Positions 1 to 8,820 of a stretch of DNA of 22,625 bases are shown here, piece by piece (the stretch's first letter is position 1; every line of letters begins with the position of its first letter). The DNA comes from Promethearchaeota archaeon (GTDB lineage: Archaea; Asgardarchaeota; Lokiarchaeia; Sigyniarchaeales; SOKP01). The stretch is from the NCBI GenBank assembly GCA_048939015.1, contig JBHLPW010000069.1:1-22625 (forward strand), in the 5' to 3' direction. Position numbers and translations under genes: made by a program. The notes under the pieces are model-generated. The model searched no databases. It had not been told where the DNA came from and saw only the letters and a program-made list of their open reading frames with translations.

Positions 1-25
1 ATTTATTTGCTAAGATAGTTTGAAT

Positions 26-685
26 TTAAAGATAATCATTAATTTTTTTATTTCGAAAACGTTTTTCTACACCACCTTTCATCCCAGGTAATTCATAACA
101 CTTATCTGGAATCATTTTTTTATAGAATTTACTATTCTCTCTTTCAGGAATAAATTGAGAACCATATAATGTTTCGAAAATTTTTTCGCCCGAAAATTGA
201 ATATCCTGGAAATACGGAACTATTGGGCGATTCTTGCTCAAATTTTTGACTACTTCATTTAAAGACATCTCATTTTCTTGTATTTTTCCTCTTTCATTGA
301 TAAAGCTTGTTTTTTTATCATATACATTGTATAGACATATAATACACTGAGGCCATCTTTCATGAAAGTAGTTTAAAACTCTGTCCATAACTTTATGTTT
401 AAGTAAAACAACTCCATATAACACACCACGATTGTTAATCTCAGTTCGTGTAAATTGTTTTGCTCGATATGCTTCAGTTCCGATTTCTCGCATCATTTGA
501 TTAATTTTTTTCGCAAATGGAGATCCACAATTGCGAAAAATTACTTCTGGTATTTTTTTTATTTGAGAAATTAGATATGGAGAAAAATTGTTATGACGTG
601 ATAGATTTTGAATTATTTCTTCATGAGAAAATCCTTTAGATCTTCCTATTACTTCCATAGGATCTTTATGACAATTATTATTCAT
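26..685 (-). CDS. DUF4130 / TIGR03915-like DNA metabolism protein, partner of the upstream radical SAM
   Basis: EAYRAKQFTR, HKVMDRVLNYFHER and YGSQFIPERENSKFYKKMIP resemble the DUF4130 blocks (E.HR.K.F.RF; H.....HF..R; I..R.N......MP). Lies 28 bp downstream of its usual radical SAM partner. Confidence 0.75.
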   Translation of the reverse strand: MNNNCHKDPMEVIGRSKGFSHEEIIQNLSRHNNFSPYLISQIKKIPEVIFRNCGSPFAKKINQMMREIGTEAYRAKQFTRTEINNRGVLYGVVLLKHKVMDRVLNYFHERWPQCIICLYNVYDKKTSFINERGKIQENEMSLNEVVKNLSKNRPIVPYFQDIQFSGEKIFETLYGSQFIPERENSKFYKKMIPDKCYELPGMKGGVEKRFRNKKINDYL

Positions 686-713
686 GATGTTCTGGCTTTT
701 TAATTAGCTTAAA

Positions 714-2003
714 TTAAATAAAATTGTGAATTGTTGTCTGAGAATTACCATTAATTATAAGAAAGGGATCTGCTCTTTTTAATACCACTCCTACAGATTG
801 AAGATCCTTTCTTTTACTAAAAATGAAATTTTTGGCCCTTAAGTTTATTATTCTTTTCGCGGAAATTGGACCAATACCAGGAACTTTTAATAATTCTTGA
901 TAAGATGCTTCATTAGGATTTACAAGGCTATGCTCCTCAAAATATTTGCGTGCTAAGTGTATTTTTGGATCTCCGATAGGTAGATTTCCTACTTCATTAA
1001 TGATCTCTTTTATATCCTGTAATTTGTAATGATAGATTCGCAATAACCAATCACTTTGATATAGGCGATGTTCTCTTGCTAATGGGGCTGCTTGTTTACC
1101 ACTAAAAGGTGTACCTTCGATAGGTATAAATGATGAGAAATAAGCTCTCCTTAGATCAATTTGTTTATACCCCCAATCAATTCTATTCAATAATTCCAGA
1201 TCAGTTTCATTTTCAGCTGCTCCTATTACAAATTGAGTTGTTTGACCACTATTGAGAATTGGAGCACCATCCCACCGAAATTTCTTATATCCATTTTCTC
1301 GGCGAGCTTTAATCATCTCTTCTTGAAATTTTAATTGATTATCTTGTTTTAAATCTTTCATTTCTTTAATGGTCTCTTCATTACGCGTATTTCGTAATTG
1401 CTTTAACCAACGCTGTCGAGTTATAATATCATTGTTGAAATCTTTTTGATCTGCAATCTCTGCAAGATGTGCTTTAGAAGAGGCTTCCATGTTTATTGAA
1501 ATACGATCAGAAAGAGATATTGCTTCTTTAAGAAGATATTGACTCACGCCAGGTAAACATTTAAAATGTACATATCCTTGAAATTTATATTTAAATCGTA
1601 GTAAACGAATTGCTGCTAACATATCTTCAGTTGTAGCATCTGCACTACCACATACTCCAGATGAAATGAACACACCCTCAGCCACATTCATAGAATAGAG
1701 TTTCATGAATGTTCGAGCATATTCTTCTGGAGTGAAACTCATCTTTTTCTTACAATTGTGAGAAAAACAGTATTTACAATTATAAATACATCTATTTGTA
1801 TAAAGAGTTTTGAAAAGACTCATACACCGTCCATCGGGTGTATAGGAATGACAAATACCTCCACTTTCCGTTGCTCCGATCCACTTTTCTGAATCTCCAA
1901 AGAGTTTTGGATATTTTGCTGTACGACTGGAAGCAGTACTGGCGCAAATATCATATTTTGAATTTTCTCCTAAAACACGAATCTTTTCTAAAACAGAAGG
2001 CAC
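714..2003 (-). CDS. Putative DNA modification/repair radical SAM protein with C-terminal helix-hairpin-helix (TIGR03916-like)
   Basis: KYDIC, GICHSYTPDGRCMSLFK, CIYNCKYC (CxxxCxxC), GQTTQFVIG, REHRLYQSDWLLRIY and HhH ELLKVPGIGPISAKRI. GTG start. Confidence 0.9.
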   Translation of the reverse strand: MPSVLEKIRVLGENSKYDICASTASSRTAKYPKLFGDSEKWIGATESGGICHSYTPDGRCMSLFKTLYTNRCIYNCKYCFSHNCKKKMSFTPEEYARTFMKLYSMNVAEGVFISSGVCGSADATTEDMLAAIRLLRFKYKFQGYVHFKCLPGVSQYLLKEAISLSDRISINMEASSKAHLAEIADQKDFNNDIITRQRWLKQLRNTRNEETIKEMKDLKQDNQLKFQEEMIKARRENGYKKFRWDGAPILNSGQTTQFVIGAAENETDLELLNRIDWGYKQIDLRRAYFSSFIPIEGTPFSGKQAAPLAREHRLYQSDWLLRIYHYKLQDIKEIINEVGNLPIGDPKIHLARKYFEEHSLVNPNEASYQELLKVPGIGPISAKRIINLRAKNFIFSKRKDLQSVGVVLKRADPFLIINGNSQTTIHNFI

Positions 2004-2125
2004 TTTACATTACAACTATGTTGAATAAGTTACCTTTAAAGGGGTATATACGATCAATCTTGAAATCCAACTTATAAAAAGAGGGGGGATATTGAATTTT
2101 CAATCTTTGCATGAAAAAATTTTCA

Positions 2126-2401
2126 TTAAGGTAAGTATAAATTATCAATTTCTTGATATAATTTTCTTTCCTCTATTAAATAAGAATTGTGAGATAAATC
2201 CTCTGAAGAATGGTTTTGAATCCACATCTTATTTTCTAGTGCGTTTATTACCTCAAGAATCCGTTTTGCTTCATTTTTCGATTCTACATTATTAAGACAT
2301 TTAATTAAAAAATTAATATAATTGATAAGCAATTTTCTTAATTTTTCTCGTTTTGTTTGCACAAGATTTATTCTATTTTTTAAATAATTCGAGGTTTGCA
2401 T
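2126..2401 (-). CDS. Small hypothetical helical/coiled-coil protein (91 aa)
   Basis: ATG start, fills an otherwise empty gap, amphipathic K/E/L/I-rich sequence. No family recognised. Confidence 0.55.
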   Translation of the reverse strand: MQTSNYLKNRINLVQTKREKLRKLLINYINFLIKCLNNVESKNEAKRILEVINALENKMWIQNHSSEDLSHNSYLIEERKLYQEIDNLYLP

Positions 2402-2585
2402 TTTTCTAATCCAAGAGAGATCTCAAATTATGAGACAATTTAAATAAGAATAATATGTAGATATTATCGTATCATATCAAAATTTTAAATTAATTCAGTA
2501 AAAAGAGTCCGATAACCAAACTAAAACCTATTTTTAATTTAGCAAATTATATTTAATAGAAACTAATTATATAAATAGAATTAAA

Positions 2586-4403
2586 ATGCCTAAGTATACT
2601 GGTGGAGAGATAATCTCCAAATATTTAATAAAAGAGGGAGTAAAATACGTTGTTGGAATTCCTGGTCATGGAAATCTTCCTCTTGTAGATGCGTTCTTCA
2701 AAGATAAGGATAAAATCCAATTAATTCAACCCAAACAAGAAATGTCAGGAGTTCATCTTGCTGTGGGTTATTATCGAATTACAGGAAATCCTCTTTGCGT
2801 ATTCACTTCAATTGGACCTGGAGCAATTAATACTGCCATCGGAATTGCTGATGCTTTTGTTGATTCCTTTCCCTGCCTTGTTATAACTGGGGATACTCAT
2901 GTTCATATGAGAGGGAAAGGTGTTCTCCAAGAAATTGAAAGAAAAAAAGATTCTAGTATGCCTAAAATTTTAGAACCTATAGTAAAACGTAGCTTCGAGG
3001 TCGATACAGTTGGTCAAATAGCATCAATAATGCAAAGAGCGTTTAATATAATGTTAACAGGAAGAAGAGGTCCAGTCCATATTGATCTACCCATGGATGT
3101 ACAAGCTAATTCTGTCGATGTTGAAATTCCTGAACCTCTTGAACGAAGATCCTTTGGACGAGTTAGAAGTGATCCTGCGCTTATAAAGAAAGCTGTGCAA
3201 TTAATTAAAAATTCAAAAAGACCTGTGTTATTTATAGGTGGAGGTGCAATCACATCAGAAACCAGTGAAGAAATAAGAAACTTAGCAGAAAAAATTGGTG
3301 CAGCAGTAGTGGTAACTATGATGGGTAAAGACATTATAGATAATTCTCATCCACTTTATTGTTGGTCAGCTGGTTCAAAAGGTACCACAATTGGATTAAA
3401 AATGACCTCCAATGCTGATGTTATTCTCGCAATAGGCTGCAGGTTTGCAGATGAAACTGCAAGCTCATATAAAGAGGGTGTTAGTTTTTCCATTCCACCA
3501 ACAAAATTAATTCAAATTGATATTGATCCTCATGAAATTGGAAAGAATTATCCAGTAACTATTGGTATAGTTGGTGATGCTAAAGCATGTTTGAATCAGA
3601 TTTTGGAGGAATTAGGAAATTATTCAATTAATTATCTCAATACTGAATATTTTAAAGAAATTCAAGAGGAAAAAAGTAAATGGTTTAAATTTCTTGAGGA
3701 AAATCGAGATGATTCAAAAGTACCGGTTATGATTTCTACGGTTTTAAAAGAAGTTAGAGAGTTTTTTGACCGAGATGCCGTAATAGTTACTAGTTCTGGA
3801 AATGTACAAGCTCAGATGCTACAAGAATTAATATTTTATGAACCTAAAACATGTCTTACTGCGGGAGGTTTCTCTACAATGGGTTATAGTGTTCCGGCTG
3901 CAATTGGAGCAAAATTAGGATCGATGGATATTGGAAAACCGGATCGTCAAGTTGTTGCTCTAGTGGGTGATGGTGATTTTATGATGACTTTATCTGAAAT
4001 CTCTATAGCAGTTCAACTTGAATTAGAAAATATTTTCTTTATAGTTCTCAATAATCATGGTTGGATTGCAATTAAGGATTTACAACAAGCTGCATTCGGT
4101 GAAGATCGGGGATATGGTACTGCTTTTGAATACAAAAATGGAGAAACATATTCTCCTGATTTTGCTAAAATCGGTGAAGCATTTGGGTGTTATTCTGAAA
4201 AAATTTCTCGAAAGAAAGAGATAATTCCTACATTAGAAAGAGCTGCTAAATCAGGAAAACCAGCAGTAATAGATATTGAAGTTCAAAGGGAATATCCCTA
4301 TACTGGATCTCCAGCAGTAGGTTGGTGGGATGTACCTCGGCCTGTCTACTTGACTGAACGAAGAAAAGAATATGAAGAAGAAATTAAGGGAGAAAGACTC
4401 TAA
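2586..4403 (+). CDS. ThDP-dependent enzyme of the acetolactate synthase superfamily, IolD (trihydroxycyclohexanedione acylhydrolase)-like
   Basis: GIPGHGN, catalytic Glu in PKQE, TSIGPG, GPVHIDLPMDVQ, GFSTMGY, ThDP motif GDGDF...NNHG, C-terminal WWDVP. Confidence 0.85.
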   Translation: MPKYTGGEIISKYLIKEGVKYVVGIPGHGNLPLVDAFFKDKDKIQLIQPKQEMSGVHLAVGYYRITGNPLCVFTSIGPGAINTAIGIADAFVDSFPCLVITGDTHVHMRGKGVLQEIERKKDSSMPKILEPIVKRSFEVDTVGQIASIMQRAFNIMLTGRRGPVHIDLPMDVQANSVDVEIPEPLERRSFGRVRSDPALIKKAVQLIKNSKRPVLFIGGGAITSETSEEIRNLAEKIGAAVVVTMMGKDIIDNSHPLYCWSAGSKGTTIGLKMTSNADVILAIGCRFADETASSYKEGVSFSIPPTKLIQIDIDPHEIGKNYPVTIGIVGDAKACLNQILEELGNYSINYLNTEYFKEIQEEKSKWFKFLEENRDDSKVPVMISTVLKEVREFFDRDAVIVTSSGNVQAQMLQELIFYEPKTCLTAGGFSTMGYSVPAAIGAKLGSMDIGKPDRQVVALVGDGDFMMTLSEISIAVQLELENIFFIVLNNHGWIAIKDLQQAAFGEDRGYGTAFEYKNGETYSPDFAKIGEAFGCYSEKISRKKEIIPTLERAAKSGKPAVIDIEVQREYPYTGSPAVGWWDVPRPVYLTERRKEYEEEIKGERL

Positions 4404-5953
4404 TTCGAATAAATTGAATATTTTCTGTCTAAATCGTTTTTTAATTTGTTAGGAAAATTGAATTTTTTAGCATAAAAGTCAAATAATGCATCATCTATTA
4501 TTTTTTGCTCTTTAATATAATCATATTCTAAATTTTTTCTTTTATTTTTCAAAATAATATTTACAAGATTTTCTACCTTTTCTTTAATGTTATTATCAGG
4601 TTCTATAAAGGGTATGGCATGGATTCCTGTTATTTGGATACTATTAGTGTTATTAATAATTCCCTTAGCAAAGTAATTATACAACGAACTATTAAGTAAT
4701 CCTAACATATAATTAATTGAAACTGCTTTATTTCTGACGATAAAACCAATTGCTTTATTAGAATCCCAGTAACATCCCTTTGGCATATAACGTGCTGCCA
4801 ACCTTGAACTTACACCACTGATTACAATGCCCTCATTTTCAAATGGTACATTATTAGGAATATCGTAAATTTTTTGAGCTTCTACGCTCCAATCCAAGGC
4901 TTCCATTATCGGGCGATAATACTGGTCCGCTCCACCACGTTTCAAATAAGGCTTCCATTTACCAGATTCAAAATCTGTCCTTTTAATAATCTTAAATATT
5001 TTATTTGAATCATTGTTCTTTAGATTTCTGTTTTGAAAAACATTTGCTAATTCTGTACCTTCAATAGCAGCAATATAATTTCTATTATTATGGGTGTGCA
5101 TACCAATAAAACCCTTTAAGTATTCTTCTAACTTATGGGCTTTCTCAAATAATTTAATTACTTCTTCATAAATATTGGTATAAAAGATGTTAAAGGGTAA
5201 GGAGTCGTACTTAATTTGCTCTATTTTATTAACATGAGACGGAGATTGATATTCTTCTTCCTTCCTCAATCGAGGAATTATCCTCATTAAATTATTTTCT
5301 CTAATCTTTTTGTTTTTATATCCAGAGCATTTAGTTAAAATAATAATTACAGGACTAGTACTTACATTTTGATCCGAAAATAAATTTTTTGGAGCTAAAA
5401 GAATTTCATTAATTTTACAGTTATTAAGGATAAATTTTCTTAGCTTTTTATGTGTGCTTAAAGTTAAGAACGAATCACTTGTAATAAAACCTAATTTTCC
5501 TCCTTCTTTTAAACGCCAAATGCTATTAACAATAAACATTGCATAGGTTTCATGAGCATTTATTTTTCCATAAATTTTGTTTAATTTTGATCGATTTCTT
5601 CGCACATAAGTACTAGCTTTGTTTAAATAGGGTGGATTGCCCACAATAAAGTCAAATTGATTATAAGAATCCGGGTATAAAGTTAGTAAAGTATCTCGGG
5701 TTTTAAAGGAAATATTTAATTGTTTTATTTCAGTATCAAAACTCGAATCAATATCAAAAGCATAAATTTGACTTTTTTTAATTCCTGATTCTAATAATTT
5801 CTTAACAAAGATACCGGGTCCAACACACGGATCCAAAATTTTCTGATCTTCTTTAATTTCTCCTAATCGTGATAAAATATATTCTACTGTTTGAGGGGGT
5901 GTGGTAACAATTCCTAAATCTTTCCTATTTAGCTGGATTAACAACCAACTCAA
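4400..5953 (-). CDS. Orphan N6-adenine DNA methyltransferase (gamma class, Eco57I/TaqI-like) with C-terminal target recognition domain
   Basis: TTPPQTV (motif X), ILDPCVGPGIF (motif I), GNPPY (motif IV), LKEGGKLGFITSDSFL, LLNSSLYNYF. The TTG start is uncertain. Confidence 0.88.
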   Translation of the reverse strand: MSWLLIQLNRKDLGIVTTPPQTVEYILSRLGEIKEDQKILDPCVGPGIFVKKLLESGIKKSQIYAFDIDSSFDTEIKQLNISFKTRDTLLTLYPDSYNQFDFIVGNPPYLNKASTYVRRNRSKLNKIYGKINAHETYAMFIVNSIWRLKEGGKLGFITSDSFLTLSTHKKLRKFILNNCKINEILLAPKNLFSDQNVSTSPVIIILTKCSGYKNKKIRENNLMRIIPRLRKEEEYQSPSHVNKIEQIKYDSLPFNIFYTNIYEEVIKLFEKAHKLEEYLKGFIGMHTHNNRNYIAAIEGTELANVFQNRNLKNNDSNKIFKIIKRTDFESGKWKPYLKRGGADQYYRPIMEALDWSVEAQKIYDIPNNVPFENEGIVISGVSSRLAARYMPKGCYWDSNKAIGFIVRNKAVSINYMLGLLNSSLYNYFAKGIINNTNSIQITGIHAIPFIEPDNNIKEKVENLVNIILKNKRKNLEYDYIKEQKIIDDALFDFYAKKFNFPNKLKNDLDRKYSIYSN

Positions 5954-5958
5954 TTTTA

Positions 5959-7113
5959 TTAGTTTTTCTTATTATTATCAACTTCGTTTAAAAGGATTGT
6001 AAAAAATTGACAGAGTTTTTTTAATACTGATGTTTCAATTTTATCGAGATCATCCTTTTTTGAATGGACATAAGTATAGATGCTCCTATCTCCAATACCA
6101 AGACCTTTAAATTTCTTATTTAATAGAAATAATCCGTCGCTATATGTCCCAATGTAGAATCTATATGTTTTTTTCTCTAAAGTTATAATATCTTTGTTTT
6201 CTAAAATATAATTAAAAGATTTAAAATATTTATTATTAAGGAGACCATGATCCCATAGATTTATGTTTTTAGCTATTGAGTCAAAATTTATTGTGTAAGT
6301 CTTATCTCTATCAAAATATTTAATAATATTATAAAAATTCCTTACGCCCATGGTCCCAGATTCTTCTGCACCTGTAAATACAAACCATAAATTATAATTT
6401 TCAGGTCTATTTGTTGGATTTGTATAATATTGTAGTAGTTCCAAAACACATGATACACCGGAAGCATTATCTATAGCTCCTTTGGATATATTATTAGTTT
6501 TATTTACCCAAAGTATTACCATAGACAAGAAATTAAAACATAGGATAAATATAGAAAAAGTTCTTAATAAAAAGTAAATTTCAATTGATAAAGCGAAATT
6601 TAGAGTAATCATCACAAGACCTAAGGAAAAAGTGATTATCCAGATAAAATACAATTGGATACGAATTTTTATTGATATTACTTGTCCTTTTGAATCTAAA
6701 TGTGAAAGTAAGAAAATATTATAATCTGAACTTTCATTCTCAACTTGAGGTATTTTTACATATAAATTCTGAGACCGGTAATCATGCCCCAATTTAATTT
6801 TTTCTGGATTTCGAGTATATAGAATTAAAATTAAATTCAGAATGATGATAATGGATATATTAATTATATTAAAAACTAAATTAAAATTTAGAAATAAGAC
6901 CAAAAGAAGCCAGCTTAATATCGTTAAAGCAACTTTTGGATAAATTCTTGAAAAAAAAATACTGAATGAGAAATCTTGTTCTATTGACTCAAGATTGAGT
7001 TCTCCTATTTTATTTTTGGTAATATTGAAAGCCTTCTTCTCAAAGTCAGTTCCAGATAGTCTTGGAAAAGAAAAATCTTTAATATTATTAAATATACGCT
7101 CTTCATTAATCAT
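5959..7113 (-). CDS. Membrane-embedded M28 family metallopeptidase
   Basis: Zn ligand motifs SHLDS, GAIDNASG, GAEESG, NFDS and YVHSKKD. Two pairs of hydrophobic helices are inserted in the catalytic domain. Confidence 0.85.
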   Translation of the reverse strand: MINEERIFNNIKDFSFPRLSGTDFEKKAFNITKNKIGELNLESIEQDFSFSIFFSRIYPKVALTILSWLLLVLFLNFNLVFNIINISIIIILNLILILYTRNPEKIKLGHDYRSQNLYVKIPQVENESSDYNIFLLSHLDSKGQVISIKIRIQLYFIWIITFSLGLVMITLNFALSIEIYFLLRTFSIFILCFNFLSMVILWVNKTNNISKGAIDNASGVSCVLELLQYYTNPTNRPENYNLWFVFTGAEESGTMGVRNFYNIIKYFDRDKTYTINFDSIAKNINLWDHGLLNNKYFKSFNYILENKDIITLEKKTYRFYIGTYSDGLFLLNKKFKGLGIGDRSIYTYVHSKKDDLDKIETSVLKKLCQFFTILLNEVDNNKKN

Positions 7114-7124
7114 AATTTAACAAT

Positions 7125-8792
7125 TCATTGTAAATATGCTCCATACTTCGCAGAACTTACGATTTTACTATAAATACTCAAATAACCAGTCTTAATATTT
7201 ATTTCAGGTTTTTTCCACTTTTTTAACCTGTTTTCTATTTCTGCTTGGGGGATTAATAAGTCCAATTTTCGTTTATCAATATCAATTTCTATCATATCAC
7301 CATCTTGAACTATTGCTATAGGACCACCTTCAATTGCTTCAGGACAAACATGCCCAATACAAGGACCTTTTGTAGCTCCAGAATATCTTCCGTCTGTTAT
7401 CATTGCTACGGAATCTCCTAATCCCATCCCTATTAAAATTGCCGCTGGAATTGATAATTCTCTCATTCCTGGAGAACCTTTAGGCCCTTCATTTCGAATT
7501 ACTAAAATATCACCTTGTTTAATTTTATTTGACAATAATGCATCTTTTATTTCTTCTTCACATTCAAAAACTTTCGCTAGACCTTTAAAATGTCTCATTT
7601 TTGAATCAATAGCACTTTGTTTTATTATAGCTCCTTCTGGTGCTAAACTTCCTTTTAATACTGCGATTCCACCTTCGCTTGTGATTGGATCTTCTAAATT
7701 TCTTATAATTTGGTAATCTTTAAATTCAATATTTTCAAGATACTCTTTAAGAATTAACCCATTGACCATTTTTGTTGATAAATTTAACAACGTTGATAAC
7801 TTTTTCATTAATACTTTAATACTACCTGCTTCATGAAACTCTGAGAGATTATATTCTGATGCTGGTTTAAATTTAGCTAATAGAGGAATCGATTTACAAA
7901 TCCTATCAAAATCAAAATGGGTTAGATTACCTCCTATCTCATGTGATAATGCACATAAATGCAATATCATATTAGAGGATCCGCCAAATGATAATGCTAC
8001 CTTAATCGAATTTTCTATTGAATCATGATTAATCAAATCTAAAGCCTTAATTCCTTTCTCAATTAAACTCATTATCGTTCTTCCCGTATCTCTAGATAGT
8101 TTTACTCTTTCATCACTAATTGCACTCATTGTTGCACAATCTGGTAAAGAAAGTCCCATTGCCTCTACAACACACGCCATAGTATTAGCAGTACCCATCA
8201 TGTTACAAGCTCCAGGAGAACAACAGGTTTCCGACTCAATGAGAAAAAATTCTTCCTTAGTAATAAATCCTGCATTGAATTTCCCAATTGCTTCCTTAAT
8301 ATCAGACGTTACAAATGTTTTTCCCTTAAGTGGTCCATCTTGAAAAGTTTTAGGTAGCATAATACCTCCAGTTAGAAAAATTGTGGGAATATTACATCTA
8401 GCTGCTGCTAAAAGCATTCCAGGTATTATCTTATCACAAGAACATAGCATTACCATTCCATCAAAATTATAAGATTTTATTGTACATTCTATAGATGAGG
8501 CAATAATCTCTCGAGAAGGTAAAACGTATTTAGAAAAATTTCCAGAATTAGCAATACCGTCACAAATCGCTATAGTATTAAATTCCATAGGAGTGCCACC
8601 AGCTTCATCAATACCTTCTTTAACGAAATCAGCTAATTTTCTTAAGTGAATATGTCCAGGATTAATATTATTCCATGAATTTACTATAGCCACTTTTGGT
8701 TTCTTTAAATCTTCGTAAGAATAACCACAGCCATGATATAAGGCTCTTTCATATGCCTTACTTGGATCTAATTCTTTTCTGTTGGATGACAT
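7125..8792 (-). CDS. ilvD: Dihydroxy-acid dehydratase (IlvD/Edd family, Fe-S)
   Basis: [68 protein letters not shown]. Family is certain; substrate (branched-chain versus sugar acid) is not. Confidence 0.9.
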   Translation of the reverse strand: MSSNRKELDPSKAYERALYHGCGYSYEDLKKPKVAIVNSWNNINPGHIHLRKLADFVKEGIDEAGGTPMEFNTIAICDGIANSGNFSKYVLPSREIIASSIECTIKSYNFDGMVMLCSCDKIIPGMLLAAARCNIPTIFLTGGIMLPKTFQDGPLKGKTFVTSDIKEAIGKFNAGFITKEEFFLIESETCCSPGACNMMGTANTMACVVEAMGLSLPDCATMSAISDERVKLSRDTGRTIMSLIEKGIKALDLINHDSIENSIKVALSFGGSSNMILHLCALSHEIGGNLTHFDFDRICKSIPLLAKFKPASEYNLSEFHEAGSIKVLMKKLSTLLNLSTKMVNGLILKEYLENIEFKDYQIIRNLEDPITSEGGIAVLKGSLAPEGAIIKQSAIDSKMRHFKGLAKVFECEEEIKDALLSNKIKQGDILVIRNEGPKGSPGMRELSIPAAILIGMGLGDSVAMITDGRYSGATKGPCIGHVCPEAIEGGPIAIVQDGDMIEIDIDKRKLDLLIPQAEIENRLKKWKKPEINIKTGYLSIYSKIVSSAKYGAYLQ

Positions 8793-8820
8793 TTTGATAT
8801 CTTTCTTAAAAATTTTATTT

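Noticed and set aside
1838-2295. Plus-strand ORFs 1838-2077 and 2092-2295
   Set aside because: Antisense to better-supported genes, with no motifs.
2402-2585. Short palindromes (e.g. ATAATAT-gtag-ATATTAT at 2450-2467) as ncRNA or operator
   Set aside because: Short, AT-only arms that are likely by chance.
6951-6959. A9 homopolymer (also the A-run at the GGR 3' end) as a frameshift or phase-variation site
   Set aside because: Reading frames are intact, and such runs are expected at this AT content.
7113-7127. Selenocysteine readthrough at the ilvD TGA
   Set aside because: It falls at the normal IlvD C-terminus, and another in-frame TGA follows within five codons.
2586-8792. ilvB + ilvD branched-chain amino acid operon
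   Set aside because: Opposite strands, separated by unrelated genes, no ilvC/ilvN, and the ThDP enzyme has IolD-like motifs.
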